The translations under genes were made by a program, and so were the position numbers. Below, piece by piece: positions 1 to 12,887 of a stretch of DNA of 56,391 nt. The notes under the pieces are model-generated. The model worked only from the letters and a program-made list of their open reading frames with translations. It searched no databases and was not told where the DNA came from. Origin of the DNA: Tubiluchus corallicola (lineage: Eukaryota; Animalia; Priapulida). The stretch is from assembly GCA_030141605.1 (NCBI GenBank), contig JAQGDQ010000255.1:1-56391 (forward strand), written 5' to 3'. The first letter of the stretch is position 1. Each line of letters opens with the position of its first letter.

Positions 1-97
1 TGTTGGTTGGTTTAGGGGCTCCAGAAGTTGAACTCCCGATTGTGAATGCATCCGTACGTGAAATTGACATTCGTGGAATTTTCCGTTACGCAAACTG
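1..97 (+). CDS. SORD: Sorbitol dehydrogenase, penultimate coding exon (5'-truncated by window)
   Basis: Frame 3 reads [31 protein letters not shown], matching the SORD motif LVGLG...REVDIKGVFRY; GT donor at 98-99, phase 2. Confidence 0.92.
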
Positions 98-249
98 GTA
101 GGTTTTGTTACAGTGATTTTGTTTAATGTCACTAATGTGCATTGAGCACTAGTAACATGCTTGTGCTTGTTAATGGGATATACTAATGATGTTTTCTCAT
201 ATAAAAGTGCTGTTGGACTTTTTAGCAAAGATATCCTTGCATAAGCTAA

Positions 250-851
250 AGCAAAACAGGATGATTTTTCACCTCCTACCCCATTTTGAAATACTTTAAA
301 AACTATACATTTTATCACCTATAATAATGCAAAAGTGTTTTTGATAATTAAATAATGGGTTAAAAATTTAATTAATGGTGGGCGAGCCCAACTAGTGACG
401 ACATCACAACTAAACATGTTTTTAATGGCACAAACAGTCCATGAGCATGTTGGGCGTGTTTACGAAAGCGAAAATTGAAGTACAGTGCTACCAAGTTCGG
501 CAAATATTAAGTTTAAAATTCAAATTTCAAGTTTACAGCTGTACTCATGCATGAGTTTGCGAATGTGTACTACATCACTGCTCAACAACTCTGAACTGAT
601 AGGTACAGCACCCGTGTTTTGTGCAAGCATTTCGGAGATACAGTCGCTAGGGCCCATCTAATTAGCCAATGGTGAAATTCAAGTAACAGTGAAGAACTAG
701 CCACGTGAATACGAAATTACATTTCTGTTGTAAAAATTCTTTTAAAATTCTGTTGTAAAAAGTCATTCTGGAAAAAAATAGCACGTTCCCTTTCAGTATT
801 TTGCAGGGTAGATTGCTTTGAGACATAGGTAAGATTGGGTCTGGTTTTCCT
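250..851. mobile_element. Kolobok/T2-like MITE, copy 1 (in SORD intron)
   Basis: Ends (c)TAA|AGCAAAAC ... GTTTTCCT|TTAA; colinear over about 600 bp with 20104-20703. Confidence 0.7.
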
Positions 852-1826
852 TTAAGTGTAATAACTTACCATCTGATGAGTGAATTGTGATATAATATTT
901 TTTATAGTTATTTACATTATTCACATTACTGTGACTGATGGGGTTCAAGGCGAAACAGACCTAAAATTAAGAGTCGAATAATTCGGCACTTCAACTACAT
1001 ACAGTCTTTATCATTAGAACATCTCAAACATCATGCAATCAGCACAATTTAGCTAGAGTTTCTGTCCACAATTTTAAGCAAATTATTAGTGGTTTTACTG
1101 CAGAGTGAAATCAAGTAATATGTATGGTCTTTATGAGACTGCTTTTTGTTAGTGATTCAAACTTTATTTAAAAATCTCTAAAACTGAATTCGAATTTGAC
1201 TGAGATTTAAAAATTCAGTTTGATTCGAGTTCAAAAGTCACCAGTTTGATTTTAATGCGAATTTCCTTTCTGGTAGGAAATGTTCATCCCTAGTGGCTGA
1301 CCCCATCCATCCTATTGTCACTTTGATCATAGCTGATGTAACAAAAAATTGAAGAGAATCTGTTCATCGTCACAGCAGATAATGCAGGACTAAATTCTTA
1401 TTGCAAAAATATGTCTCGTAACGTGACTGACGTAGCATATATATGGTGGTGACTGTGAGGAGCTTATTATTAATGGGACAGTGTAGAGAGGGTTTTACTT
1501 AAGAGATGCCGTTTCACACATTCTCTTTTTTGTATAGATGTAATCGCACTATTCGACGAATGTAGGAAAGCAGCTAGCTTATCAGCAAGTATAGATGAGA
1601 ATAGTTGTTTTATATGTAATGCAATCAGTTTTCAGCATTGACCAAAATTTAGCATTTACCATTTGTTACCCGATGCAGGGAACTCGCCAACAGGATTAGT
1701 GTGGGTGGCAGTGTAAATGGTATATTACTTTTTGCCTGTGATAATTTTGTGTATCTGACAAATTATCGGATACCATTTTTAGTCAAATGACCCGGCACCT
1801 GATTCTGACCTGCCACCTCTTAGGCA

Positions 1827-1932
1827 GAAAGTGGTTGCATCATCGATTGAGAGATTCTGTGGCAACGAAGGAGTTAAACGAAAGTGGTTGCATCATCGAT
1901 TGAGAGATTCTGTGGCAACGAAGGAGTCAAAC
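1827..1932. repeat. 53-bp tandem duplication (2 copies)
   Basis: GAAAGTGGTTGCATCATCGATTGAGAGATTCTGTGGCAACGAAGGAGTyAAAC starts at 1827 and at 1880. Confidence 0.95.
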
Positions 1933-2001
1933 TTTCGTTTATTAGAAAAATTTAGAAAATATTGCTTTTGCTTTACATGCATATTGAACTTTTTTTTTCA
2001 G

Positions 2002-2155
2002 TTACCCGGTGGCATTATCGATGATTGCGTCTGGTCAAGTGAATGTCAAACCATTGGTCACTCATCACTTCACACTGGCAGATTCATTGAATGCATTTGA
2101 AACGGCCAGGGCCGGCAAGGGAATCAAGGTCATGATTGAATGTGGAGACAAGTAA
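2002..2155 (+). CDS. SORD: Sorbitol dehydrogenase, last coding exon
   Basis: Poly-T + CAG acceptor ending 2001; reads (C)YPVALSMIASGQVNVKPLVTHHFTLADSLNAFETARAGKGIKVMIECGDK*, the typical SORD C-terminus; phase matches the previous exon; AATAAA at about 2190. Confidence 0.93.
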
Positions 2156-3138
2156 GAAGCCATCCGCAAATGCAGTTTTGATGCGAAATAATAAAAGCAT
2201 TAAGTATCAAATCAGTGTCATAGCTAATAGGGGAGTAACTGCTCCCTGAGTACATTTTTCAAAACTGGCGCATTTTAAACAATATTATTGTAGTTGCTTC
2301 GTGATACATTTTCACATTGCTTCATTTTACATTTAAAATTTAAAATAATTAAATAACACAAATGTTTTTATTATGTTTTGAGATTTCTGAGGTTATTGTA
2401 GAACTTTTCATTGTTTTAATTTGAAATACAAAATAGCAATTATGTGTTTCCTTTAAAACTGTTTCTTACTCGTGTTTTGATTTTAAACACAAAATTAAAA
2501 TGTATAATCAATGTGCTAAAAATTTTTTGGTACGTGTCACGATGCCTTTTTTACGTGCTTGCACCTCTGTCTTTAGAAACTGGCTAGCCCATGTATGAAA
2601 TCATTTTTGTATAGCAATAACTTTTGTGGCTAACAAATGCTTCTAGTATAAAATACATGTAATAACAATTGTGGGACCGTATGTTGCATATCTGTGTATT
2701 GTTTGTGCATAGTGAGCTTGAATAGTGTAGTTTACTACTGATGAATATAGTGATGCTTTAGCACTTACAAATACAATTATGGTCATATAGTTACAACTAT
2801 GATTAAACTACTTGCTTTATGAAAAAATCACATTTTTAACCAAAAACTTTTAGATATATAGAGGCCTAATTATTATTTAGCAAAAATGAGAAAGTATGTG
2901 TATTCTAAACAACTGACAACAAAAATATTGATGAGCAGTATTTGTTCAAGTGATGTGTTAACACTGTAGTTTGTTTTTATCTTAGAATGGACAATAACTG
3001 ATTGCTATGTGTGATTTCATTTGCCGATTAAAAATTAAAATACTGATTATAATCAATTTACTAGCTTCTAAGATTGAATTTCAATTTAACAAAAGTACTG
3101 TAATCATTTTTAATCATAAACCGCAAGGAGATTGATCA

Positions 3139-3844
3139 CAGGTGATCGATTATGACCTTTTGGGCCCCTAGGGCCTAGGCTAATCGAATTATGGGGCCGC
3201 ATTCGGAACCACCCTCTAACTCGCCTGCATCAGTCTTGAATACATTTTACTCTATGTGTGATATATTCTAGCGACAGTTACATAGCTGAGACCCCTTACC
3301 TCAAACAAAGGGCTTTAAATAAGGGTGCCTTATCTCAAATAAAAGGCCACAAATAAGTGTCAGTTTTTTAAAATTGGGTTTTCAGGCACCCAGTCTCCTT
3401 TTTTAAAGTAGAAATTTTATTTTAAATTAAATTAATTATTTGGCAATGCAAAAATAGGGCCTCCCAAGCTTGAGGGTCCCTAAGCTATAGCCCAGTGATT
3501 CCCAAAGTAGGGGTAAATTTCCCCCCGGGTAATATGGTTTTGGGGGGGGGGGGGGGGGGTAACGGCACCCCTCTGAAAATTTTTAAAACTTTGCTCGGAA
3601 TGCATTTTACAACAACGGAAGGCAACAATACAACAACAATACCTGGAAATTTATTTATGTCACGAGCAAACATAAATAATTTTGCTTGCTTGTGGCATAT
3701 ACGTGTGTTTACTTTTTGAGTTGGAGAAGTAGTACTAGGTGGGGGGTAATGGACATGACCGGGTTTCCCTATTGGGTAACGGTCCGAGAAAGTTTGGAAA
3801 CCCCTGCCCTAGCCTATAAAAACCTATAGAACAATCCGGCCTTG
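3139..3844. mobile_element. Older hAT-like MITE (CAGGGCCGGATT-type ends) hosting a nested MITE
   Basis: Right end AATCCGGCCTTG; degenerate left end CAGGTGATCGATTA; GGGCCCC/CCTAG subterminal motifs at both ends; no TSD recovered. Confidence 0.4.
3493..3806. mobile_element. hAT-Charlie-type MITE
   Basis: TIRs CAGTGATTCCCAAAGT / AGTTTGGAAACCCCTG; imperfect 8-bp TSD CTATAGCC / CCCTAGCC; contains a long G run near 3542-3559. Confidence 0.75.
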
Positions 3845-4739
3845 TTTGCACTGTATTAGTCTTGAGACATTCATTCCCAGAGAAGAGATGAGTGTGTGCA
3901 TTCTAGATTATAACTACTTTGTCTCCTATAGGTGAAAATGTGCAAAATGAAACGCCTGTCAAAAAATTTTATACACCCCACTACCATCTGTTAAAAAATT
4001 AAATACACCCCCACTAACAACTTGTGTAATGCTGCATCAAAAATATACCTTTTACTTACCATGAACATATAATGTATGTACGTTAATTATGTTTGTGAAT
4101 AGCTGCTTTATATCGTCATTGTCATCATCTTTACTCAGGTAACAACATTTTTACAGTATAACTATTTTGTAAATCTGTGTAATGATTCTGTTGGATGTAA
4201 AGTCAGTGCAGATTAAATTTATAATCAATAAATGTTGAGAATTAAATTGTGATTCTGACAAAAATATATCTATTATGAGCTTACGACTTTGGATACATAT
4301 GTTAGACCTCAGGGTGCATGTTTTGTATATTCTTTGTTACATTCCAAACTTCACAACAATTTTTTCACATGCATAAAAATGTAAAACCGTGATCATTTCA
4401 TTTAATTCGAGAGAACCTATTGTATCACAAAGCACTGAATTAAGTTGAAAATTATAAAACGACACCTTTTATTACAAAAATATTAGGCACGCAATGCTTC
4501 CACATACATTTTAATACTTTTGGCTGATAGTTGGTCTTTGATTTGTAAAAAATCTTGAGTTATTAGTGTAAATTAGTGAAGTAGCAGAAATTAATGTAAG
4601 AGGCCTGAGCTTAGATTCCAAAACCGACTCGAAACTTCATTGTAATTTCGAGCAAAGCAAGCTTAGGTACTGATACCAAACGTTCACTACTTTCAGCACC
4701 TTTGATGTTTTTTGTTTCAATTATCATGGTGCACAATGG

Positions 4740-5190
4740 GTTTTATAACGTAGCCTGCCTTTGTCAATGTCTCACAGTGAAATTTTCAATGCACCTCACA
4801 TTTGTCACTCGCCTAGAAATTTACAACATTATGTACATTCGTTAACGCATTTTTACAAGACATTTTCATTTACATACGTATACATTTACCAATGTTTCAT
4901 GGATTTCATGGAAATCAAAACACATTTTTGTCAAAATGTTACATGATATTTAAATACCCATTGAATTCATGAATGTCATGTCTGCAATATGCATTTGACA
5001 ATGCTGAATTTGGAATTTTATAATGTAGCCTACATTTGCATTACATAAGGTTTTTCACTAGGATTTACCTGTATACGTCAATGTTTCATGTGTAATTTTA
5101 TCACGAACCCTACATATGTCGTGAAAATTTACAACCAATTCCATATTTGTCAGTGTCTCACGTGGAAATTCACAACATACTCCGCATTTG
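4740..5190. repeat. Degenerate 35-45 bp minisatellite covering the DET1 stop codon and proximal 3' UTR
   Basis: Recurring unit like CATTTGTCA.TGTCTCA..TGAAATTT.CAAC.TA.CCT; best pair is 4759-4807 versus 5143-5191. Confidence 0.65.
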
Positions 5191-5330
5191 TCCGCTGCAC
5201 ACTAATGGCAAATGGATCGTGCGGATGGAAGGTAAAGGCAACGAGTCGTCGAGCATTTTGCGGAGGATTCTTTCCCAGAACACCGGCGTGAATTTTGAAC
5301 TTTAGTAAGGCGGAATCTCTTGCATAAAAT
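5150..5330 (-). CDS. DET1: DET1 coding exon 9 (last)
   Basis: (R)[59 protein letters not shown]; AG acceptor at 5332-5331; matches the DET1 C-terminus. Confidence 0.96.
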
Positions 5331-6631
5331 CTGTGACAAAAAAGTTAGTAAGTAATTAGTTTGAGGCAGCATTAAAACACACTTAAATAGTGGTCTTGAA
5401 TTTTTTGCTTTCCTCAAAGTCTATTGTTAAAACGCGTCCTAAAGTTTTCTATAAATCAAGGCAAGATATTTATCACTGTGGTAAAATATTAATGCAGAAT
5501 TTAAATTTTAGAATACAGGATACTAGTATACCACACAAATGATTAGTTGATTTTGGGTGCACATAGGTGGGAGAAGACTTTCTAACATATCAGGCCATAT
5601 TTCAGCTCGTCCATATTAAGCAAGCCTCAATTACTGATTACATATCAGCACCATACATTTAGGTGTTAGGCATGTGCAGATGGAAATTTTCAGACTCGCA
5701 CAGGAACTGAGCCAAACAATGGGCATCACGTTCTAATAAAATTCATGGTCTGCTATATAGCGCTATATACTATAGTGCACAATACAAAAACTCAATTTGA
5801 TTGTATGGTAAAAAACCTTTGAACAAAACACTTTTGAAGTATCGTTCGAAATGCAGGTTAGCAACCTCTCTCTGTGCATATGTGGTACTTATATAGGTGC
5901 ATAGATTACAAGTGTGATCTATGATCTGCACTTGGACAGCCCAAAGCACTTGTCTTTCACTTTACCAATCATAAAATTGTATTCAAAATTCATAATGTTA
6001 CAACAATTTTTGAATAAATCTCCACACTTGAACATGATCCATAAATTTTTTATGCAACATACTAAACTCTCTCTGTTATAGCGTTATTGATTTCTTTGTT
6101 TTTTTCAAGTATTTCCTTCTTCTTGTTTTGTATAAACTATCGCCACTAGGACATTGACTGAGTAATTGCTTGTACCAAGGGGTACCTCATGAATGTCACC
6201 TAGTTAAAAAAGCTTCCGGATTCAGTGAAGCATTTTGCTGTTAAAGAAAGGGAAAGAAAAAGCTGACACAGAGGCAGTAACTTTCGGGCAGTCACCCTGT
6301 AAACACACTGTCTCTGGTGAAGCAGGCTTTAAACTGCTTCAAAGTTTAGAGAAGCCGTTTGAAGTTTGGTTAATTGGATAAGGTTATCTCTTATCGTTCT
6401 TATCACTTATTAAAGTGTTATGGTTAGAACAGTCAAAACAGAAAAGCGATTTATCTTAAAATAAACAGACGAACTCTAAACCTGTAGTTCAGTGTATATT
6501 TACCAAAGTAATGTACTACAAAACGATCATGCAAGAAAACCAATACAAAGGACTACAATAACATGTCGTCTGGTCAGTAATACGAGGTGTGAAATGGTAG
6601 AAAAACTGCAAAAATAAATGAACATGCCAAC

Positions 6632-6823
6632 CTGATTGGATGATCGCCACATCCTTTTGGTCGTTCCATGACTGACACCCATTTATCGTCATAGCTAAAC
6701 AAAGACAAGTCTAAATATGGACTGCTGCTGTAAGACTGAGAGCTGATTGGAAGCTGGGCCAATAGGCGGCGCACTGCTTCAGTCTGACCACCAAACTTGG
6801 CATTGATGATTGTCTGTTTGAAC
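6632..6823 (-). CDS. DET1: DET1 coding exon 8
   Basis: (R)[63 protein letters not shown](R); GT/AG sites, phase 2-2. Confidence 0.96.
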
Positions 6824-7094
6824 CTAAATGATCACATAGCAAATGAATTGATTCATATCCTCAAATACAGAGAGCACATTTACTGTCACCTTGTTGTTTG
6901 TTTGCTTTGATTTTGTTGAGATCATTTTTTAATGATTTTTTATTGACAATGCTCAATGGCAAAATTGCATACTTATCTTTCCAATATATATATTTTTGTT
7001 ATACATATTTTTTGTTATGCACTTCCTCTGTACCACCAACAAGGTATTGTTATGGTAATTAAGTCTTGTTAAGAACCTTTTGATTTTAACCAAG

Positions 7095-8783
7095 TAGCAA
7101 GGTGTTCTCTTGGATCGTCTGGGGTTGTCCGAACCATACTCTGGCACAGGCGGCTTGGTCTCGGACATGGGCCGAGGTGCTCTGGTCTGCTTCAGAGTTT
7201 CTGGCAGTTCTTCCACGATCTCCATTGGATGATCAGGTGGGAGCTCAGAAGTAAAGTCCGTCTCATCACCAGGTTCGTAGTCCTCTGCAGAAGCGTAGCA
7301 CGGACGTAGCTGTTCCCAGTGTCGTCTCCACAATGGACCATGAGGAAAGACCTTAACGTTGAAGCAGCGAGTACCCAGAGACTTGTTGATGACCGCTGGT
7401 ACCCATCGGGGATGTCCGTCTCGACGAGGTCCATAGTACAGTGCATAGGCAGGCTCTCCAGCCTTGTACTGCTTGGTGACCTTGGCGACACCTCCCGAGT
7501 CTGGCGTCGAGCGAGATGACTCCTTGGATTGCTTGCCTTGAGCGGTGTGCGCTGGCGAGGGTAGAGCCGATCCTTGTCCGTATCTGCCGAGACATCAAGA
7601 GTTCACTCAGAGAGAATCCACAGGATGTCGGTGTTCTCTGGCACTTCATCAGGAACTCTTGAAGAGCTCACTTCAGAGGCAGAGACGACTTCCTGAGTGC
7701 TTGCTTGAATGTCGGTATCAAGTGTTCTGCTGCTCCATTGGTAGCTGGATGGTATGGTGCTCCTGTGAGATGTGTGATCCCACGTTCTTTGCACCAGCTC
7801 TGGAACTCATCAGACATGAAGGTTGATGCATTGTCTGTGACCAGCGTGTGAGGTAATCCGAAGTGAGCAAAGTCCTCTTCCAGCAGATCTAGAGTGGCTC
7901 TAGTGGACGTGGAAGACGTAGGGTGAATACATGGATACTCTGAGTAAGCATCCGTGATCACCAGCTCATTCGTACCCATGAAGTTAATGGAGTCATCCAG
8001 GTGTAAGCGGCTCCATGGCTACTCTGGTAGCATCCATGGGTGAACTGCAGGTTTGGATGGCTTGTTTTGATGTTCTCCGCACGAGTCACATCGTCGGCTA
8101 GCCATCTCGATAGCCGCATCGATACCGGGCCAGTAGACAGCAGTTCTTGCCAGCTGTTTCATGCGTTCCATGCCAAAATGCCCGATATGCATTAGATCCA
8201 GGATCTTGGACTGCGGGCTCTGTGGAATCAAAACTCTTGATCTATGGATGAGGCATCAGTGGCAGATACTGAGTGAGTCCGACAACTTCCGGAACTTTTT
8301 GACTTCTTCGTTGATCTCAGGGCGCCCTTCTCGGACATAGTGCATGACTGTAGCTAGCACTGGATCTTTCCCGGACTCTTGTCGGAGGATGTTGGCATCC
8401 ACAGGCTTGACTTGAAGACTGAGAACATTGATGGCACACACCATGTCCATGTCTTCACCATTTTCCTCCCGTCGAAGTCGTTGTCGTCTCCAGATGGCAA
8501 GCCACTAAGGGCATCTGCATTGAAGTGATCTGCTGTTTTCCGGTACTCGATGTTGTAGTCAAACTGGTTCAGCCACAGAGCCCACCGAGCTAGATGATTA
8601 GCTGCAAAAAGTGGCGTCCCTTTCCTCGGTCCGAAGAGTGATGCTAGTGGCTTATGATCAGTCACCAGTATTCCGTAAGCCGAAGATGATGGCTAGGGCT
8701 TCTTATGTATTTGGCTGTAGTTCCTTTCTGCAGCCGTGAGAGTCTTGGACACATTGGCAATTGGGCGCTCGCTTCCATCGGAT
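7095..8783 (-). mobile_element. Decayed Ty3/Gypsy (K02A2.6/Mag-like) pol fragment: RNase H end, H2C2 zinc finger, integrase core
   Basis: SDGSERPIANVSKTLTAAERNYSQI and TDHKPL...RWALWLNQFDYNIEYR (RT RNase H); HIGHFG...YWPGID...CDSC (HHCC); TDAYS, VTDNASTF, APYHPATNGAAE (DDE core); several frameshifts and stops; no LTRs seen. Confidence 0.93.
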
Positions 8784-9834
8784 GAAGTTGAACTCAAATC
8801 AAAATGTATTTAACGCCTGTTGTTGATTAATTGCATCAGTAAACCCGAAGTGTTCTTATTATTACATAGCAAATTTGACCTGTCTTCTACTCAAAATCTA
8901 AATGCTATTTTTAGTCTAATCAACATTGACCTTATTTTGTTGCCCACTAAATTATAGTACATGTATTTTTTTACTCTGGATTACTTAATTATATAGCAAA
9001 TGTCATAATTTTAAAATTATTAATGTTTCCTAAATTAAACTAATAACATTAATGCCCACCAGAACTTAACAATCATTTTATCTATATTCCTTAAAGGATA
9101 GCAGACTAGGTGAATTTATAGTCTTTTCGCTATCCTTTCTCTAGTTCTAGATCTATCTATTCATTTTAATTATTCTTCAAAACGTATTAGCGATTCTTTT
9201 ATTAATCATTTTTTATTGTACTATTATAAAGAGATAAATAAAATATTAAAAAAATTGAATTAAAAATATCACTTATATGGTGTCGTAATTGCATACAGGC
9301 ATCGTTGGCAGTAACACTGTTTAAAATCTGTAAATTTAAACTCCCGCGATGACCGTTAGGCACAGCCACTTTAACAGAAAGTCATTTGAAACCAGTTTAA
9401 ATAACATTGCGTAAAGTTTGAAAATTAGTGCGAGCATTTGTAGCACACATTTCACTTACTAAGCAAAAGTATAAACTACTATACCTTGTCAATAAAATTA
9501 AATATATATTTTTTATGAGTCAGTGATGCACACTGGGAAGGAGAGCCAGCTACATTTTACCAGCTGGTGCAAACATTTTAAATTACTAAGAATTTTCTTT
9601 TCTAGTTACCCTTGCCTTTCACGCAGGTAAGCATAATACTAAGCAAAATATAACTTTGTGTGGAAAGTTTTTTGGCACATACTTTATGATTTTCTTTTCT
9701 TCCTCTTTAAATTTAAATTTGTACATTAATCAATATGATTTTTACAACTAAACAGTTTTTTGTAATAAGTAAAAATAAATAACAACAAAACAACCAATTG
9801 CAAAAAAACTATAACATAGACAGTGTCTAATAAC

Positions 9835-10313
9835 CAGGCTGCATAAGATTATGGATATCCATAAAATAAGACCAAAAATCTATAAAATAAAATTTGAAAA
9901 ATCCATAAAATAAGAAATGCATAAAATAAAAAAATATTTTTTTTGTACAAAATAAGGCAATCAAAACTGAATACAGGCATTGGATCGGAAACTTCAGCTT
10001 AGAGGGCATTCTACATTCGTACCAAATAGATGAATTATTTGAACTGAAGTGATGAATTACAAGGCATTGTCTCGTAAAATTTGATTAAATTTGAAGTGAT
10101 ATGAAACCGATCAAATTAAAACTAAGTCCTGCGTGTTTAAAAACACGTTTCAAGCACTCCTGTTTTTACTTTTTAATTGATTTCCTCCTGGGCATCTCGT
10201 TCCAGATATAGTCTATTTCTTATTTTATTGATATCCATAAAATAAAATTTCAAAAAGCCATAAAATAAGCTATTTTATTTATTTTATACATACCCATAAT
10301 CTTATGCACCCTG
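9835..10313. mobile_element. hAT MITE with perfect 8-bp TSD
   Basis: TIRs CAGGCTGCATAAGATTATGG / CCATAATCTTATGCACCCTG; TSD CTAATAAC at 9827-9834 and 10314-10321; repeated CCATAAAATAA subterminal motifs. Confidence 0.92.
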
Positions 10314-10419
10314 CTAATAACCAATTAATTTCTTGTAAACTTCTAGTTGAGGGTTCTTCTAGTTGAGGGTTACTACTAGTTAGGAAACATGCTTTGCAAA
10401 AACAATGACAAGGCCTTAC

Positions 10420-10567
10420 CGCTGTTGTAACAGCCGCGCATACACATTAGAAGAAGAAGACGATGTACAAAAAGATGAATGAAGACTAGCATTCCTAAAC
10501 ATGTCGCCAAAATTCTCCAACAATTCCAGCAGCTCTTTGGAAGTGTTCATGTAAACACCTAGCACCT
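10420..10567 (-). CDS. DET1: DET1 coding exon 7
   Basis: (E)VLGVYMNTSKELLELLENFGDMFRNASLHSSFCTSSSSSNVYARLLQQ(R); GT/AG sites, phases consistent. Confidence 0.93.
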
Positions 10568-10971
10568 CTGAAATATAACAGTTTACATGTCAACACCATG
10601 TCTACATAACTAGATGAAACTGCTTTGCTAAGATAACAAAAATAACAGAACTGCTTTGAGTTACAAGAGCACTGCATTCATTCAAACAACTGATTGTTCA
10701 ACCGTGTTTGTAATTTATAATTTCAAGTTTACTAATTTACTACATAAACGTATGATTATTAGTTCATGTAATTAGGATTTATTGCAATTATTTTTAACTT
10801 GTGCCTCTGCAGCAGCCAGCGGCATGCCACATCAAATGGTAAATATTAATTTTCGATTATTTCATAAAATACTAGAATATAAAATAACTTTTGTATTTAA
10901 AAAGCGAATTGTTCACTTATAATTTGTAATTGTCTTTGGCAACTCGATGACTTTGACTATGCCTATCCTAC

Positions 10972-11231
10972 CTGTGGACATCATGTTGTACACAACAAAA
11001 AATGAGGGCTGAGAGTTTGGATCAACGGAACGCAGCGTCACCACATCTTCGCTTGCATATTTAATTAAAAGATGGTGTTCATCTAGAAGCTGCATTTTCC
11101 ACATCCTTAGTGCTCTCAGCTGGTCAAAGAACTGATAATATCGACGCAGGTCTTCCGGATTTCGGGATAACGCAGCCGTTTTGTACAGGTGGACTAGCAG
11201 TCTATGCTTCAGACAGTTGATTGCTGTTTCC
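10972..11231 (-). CDS. DET1: DET1 coding exon 6
   Basis: (R)[16 protein letters not shown]...[52 protein letters not shown]. Confidence 0.96.
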
Positions 11232-12741
11232 CTACACAGTCAGGTAAATTACATTTGCAACTCTTTGGCATCTTAGCTGTACAATAGATTCATGAATATT
11301 CTAACATGTACTGATTTTATACAAAGGCCTTGCAGGTTGAATCCGTATGCAAGCCCTCTCGTTCACTATTGTGCAAAAATATGTAACACCTAATTAACAA
11401 TGATGGCTGCTAGTCAACTCAGGAACAGGCTAGCCCCATTGCACCCAGGTGTCAAACAAGATATCTTCAAGCTGCGTTAGGCAAGCAGAACATTCGTTAG
11501 GGTGGACTCGTGCTCATAATTTTGCTCTGCACTACTTAAAATGCTGCAAAACTGCCAAAACACAAGTTAAATCAGCAGCAAGTTATTGATGTCAGTGATT
11601 ATGAGCTCAATGTATGTCTGACATGCGAGACCACAAAAACATGAGCAGGAAATTGTAGCAATAAGCGTTAATACTTTGTTGTCCATTTTTCAAGTGCAAC
11701 TTTGACGCCAAAGGACCAAATATTTGTAACAGGCCATTTGTTACAAATAAGTGAGTTCTCCAACGCCAACTGTAGTGCTGAAAATGAGAAGACACTAATG
11801 CAAAAGTATTCTGCATTATTCTCTGCTGTGCACCTCTCTCACCCACAGTACATACTGCAACAGCTCAGCCGTACTGTCAGGCACTGCAAGAGTTACCTAG
11901 CAGTGGAGGAATGCCATGTTTGTTAATAGTTAATTGGTTAGTGGCCGGATTCAACCTGTGTGCTGGCGTGAAAAGTCAGTAACTGGATATTCCACCAGTA
12001 CATAACTATTTACTCTTTAAAAACTATCTATACACACAAGCATATCTAGGATAACCTAACAAACCATGCAATCTTTTAATGGCACTTGCATCTCGTTTAT
12101 TAAGTACTCACTAAGTACATGAAAAATTACTAACAATCAAATGATGGAAACAAGAACAGAAATGAGTTTTTATGTAGCCTGGCACTCCATAAGCTAGAAA
12201 CCAGATGTTAATGACACAAGCTACTTATTATGTTGATAGATGCAAAAGGATCAGAAGACGGAAACCTAGTTAAATATTAAAAATGGTTTAAGATGAGGCA
12301 CTGAACTGGGCAGAGGATCTGAGTCATTGTTTGGATGTATACATCTTTCATCAAACAGGTAAATAGCATCAAACAGGAGCTTTTTCCAATGTTCACCTAG
12401 TCTGACCAAACTCAGCATTGCTTAAGTTTCATTTTAAGCTTTTCCCTCACCCAAATGTTTAGTACCAGTCCGGTATAAACTTCAGTATCAGCAATCACAT
12501 ATTACTATTTGATATACAAATAATTATGCAAAAATACATAAATAATTTCTAACAAGCTTCCAAAGTTGTAGGTTGAAAGGTCTATTACAACATAAAATTA
12601 TATAAATAAATTTTGTGACATAAATTGTGATGTTGGTAGCAAGCCGTTTAAGACTGCTGATTCTTTATATAAAAAAATCAATTATCAGAAGGCCATGAGA
12701 GGCTTCAGCAAACATAAATTTCTAAAATTCATACAATGTAC

Positions 12742-12887
12742 CTGTGAGGTCTGACACTTGCAGGTGAGATCCGTGATCCAGTACCAGAAACAATAAATGG
12801 ATAAACAGCTGAAAGAATAAGTGCGTCGTCCTCACAGCAAAATCGACCAATTGTGCGGATGTCAACAAAGCAACCGTTATCAGAAAC
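12742..12887 (-). CDS. DET1: DET1 coding exon 5
   Basis: [48 protein letters not shown](R); conserved RTIGRFC.EDD motif. Confidence 0.93.

Noticed and set aside
873-900. CTGATGAG hammerhead core candidate (also near 14815, 36927, 53163 and 53613)
   Set aside because: No stem II followed by GAAA at any site checked.
1827-1932. Direct repeats considered as a CRISPR-like array
   Set aside because: Two head-to-tail copies with no spacer in a eukaryotic intron; a simple duplication.
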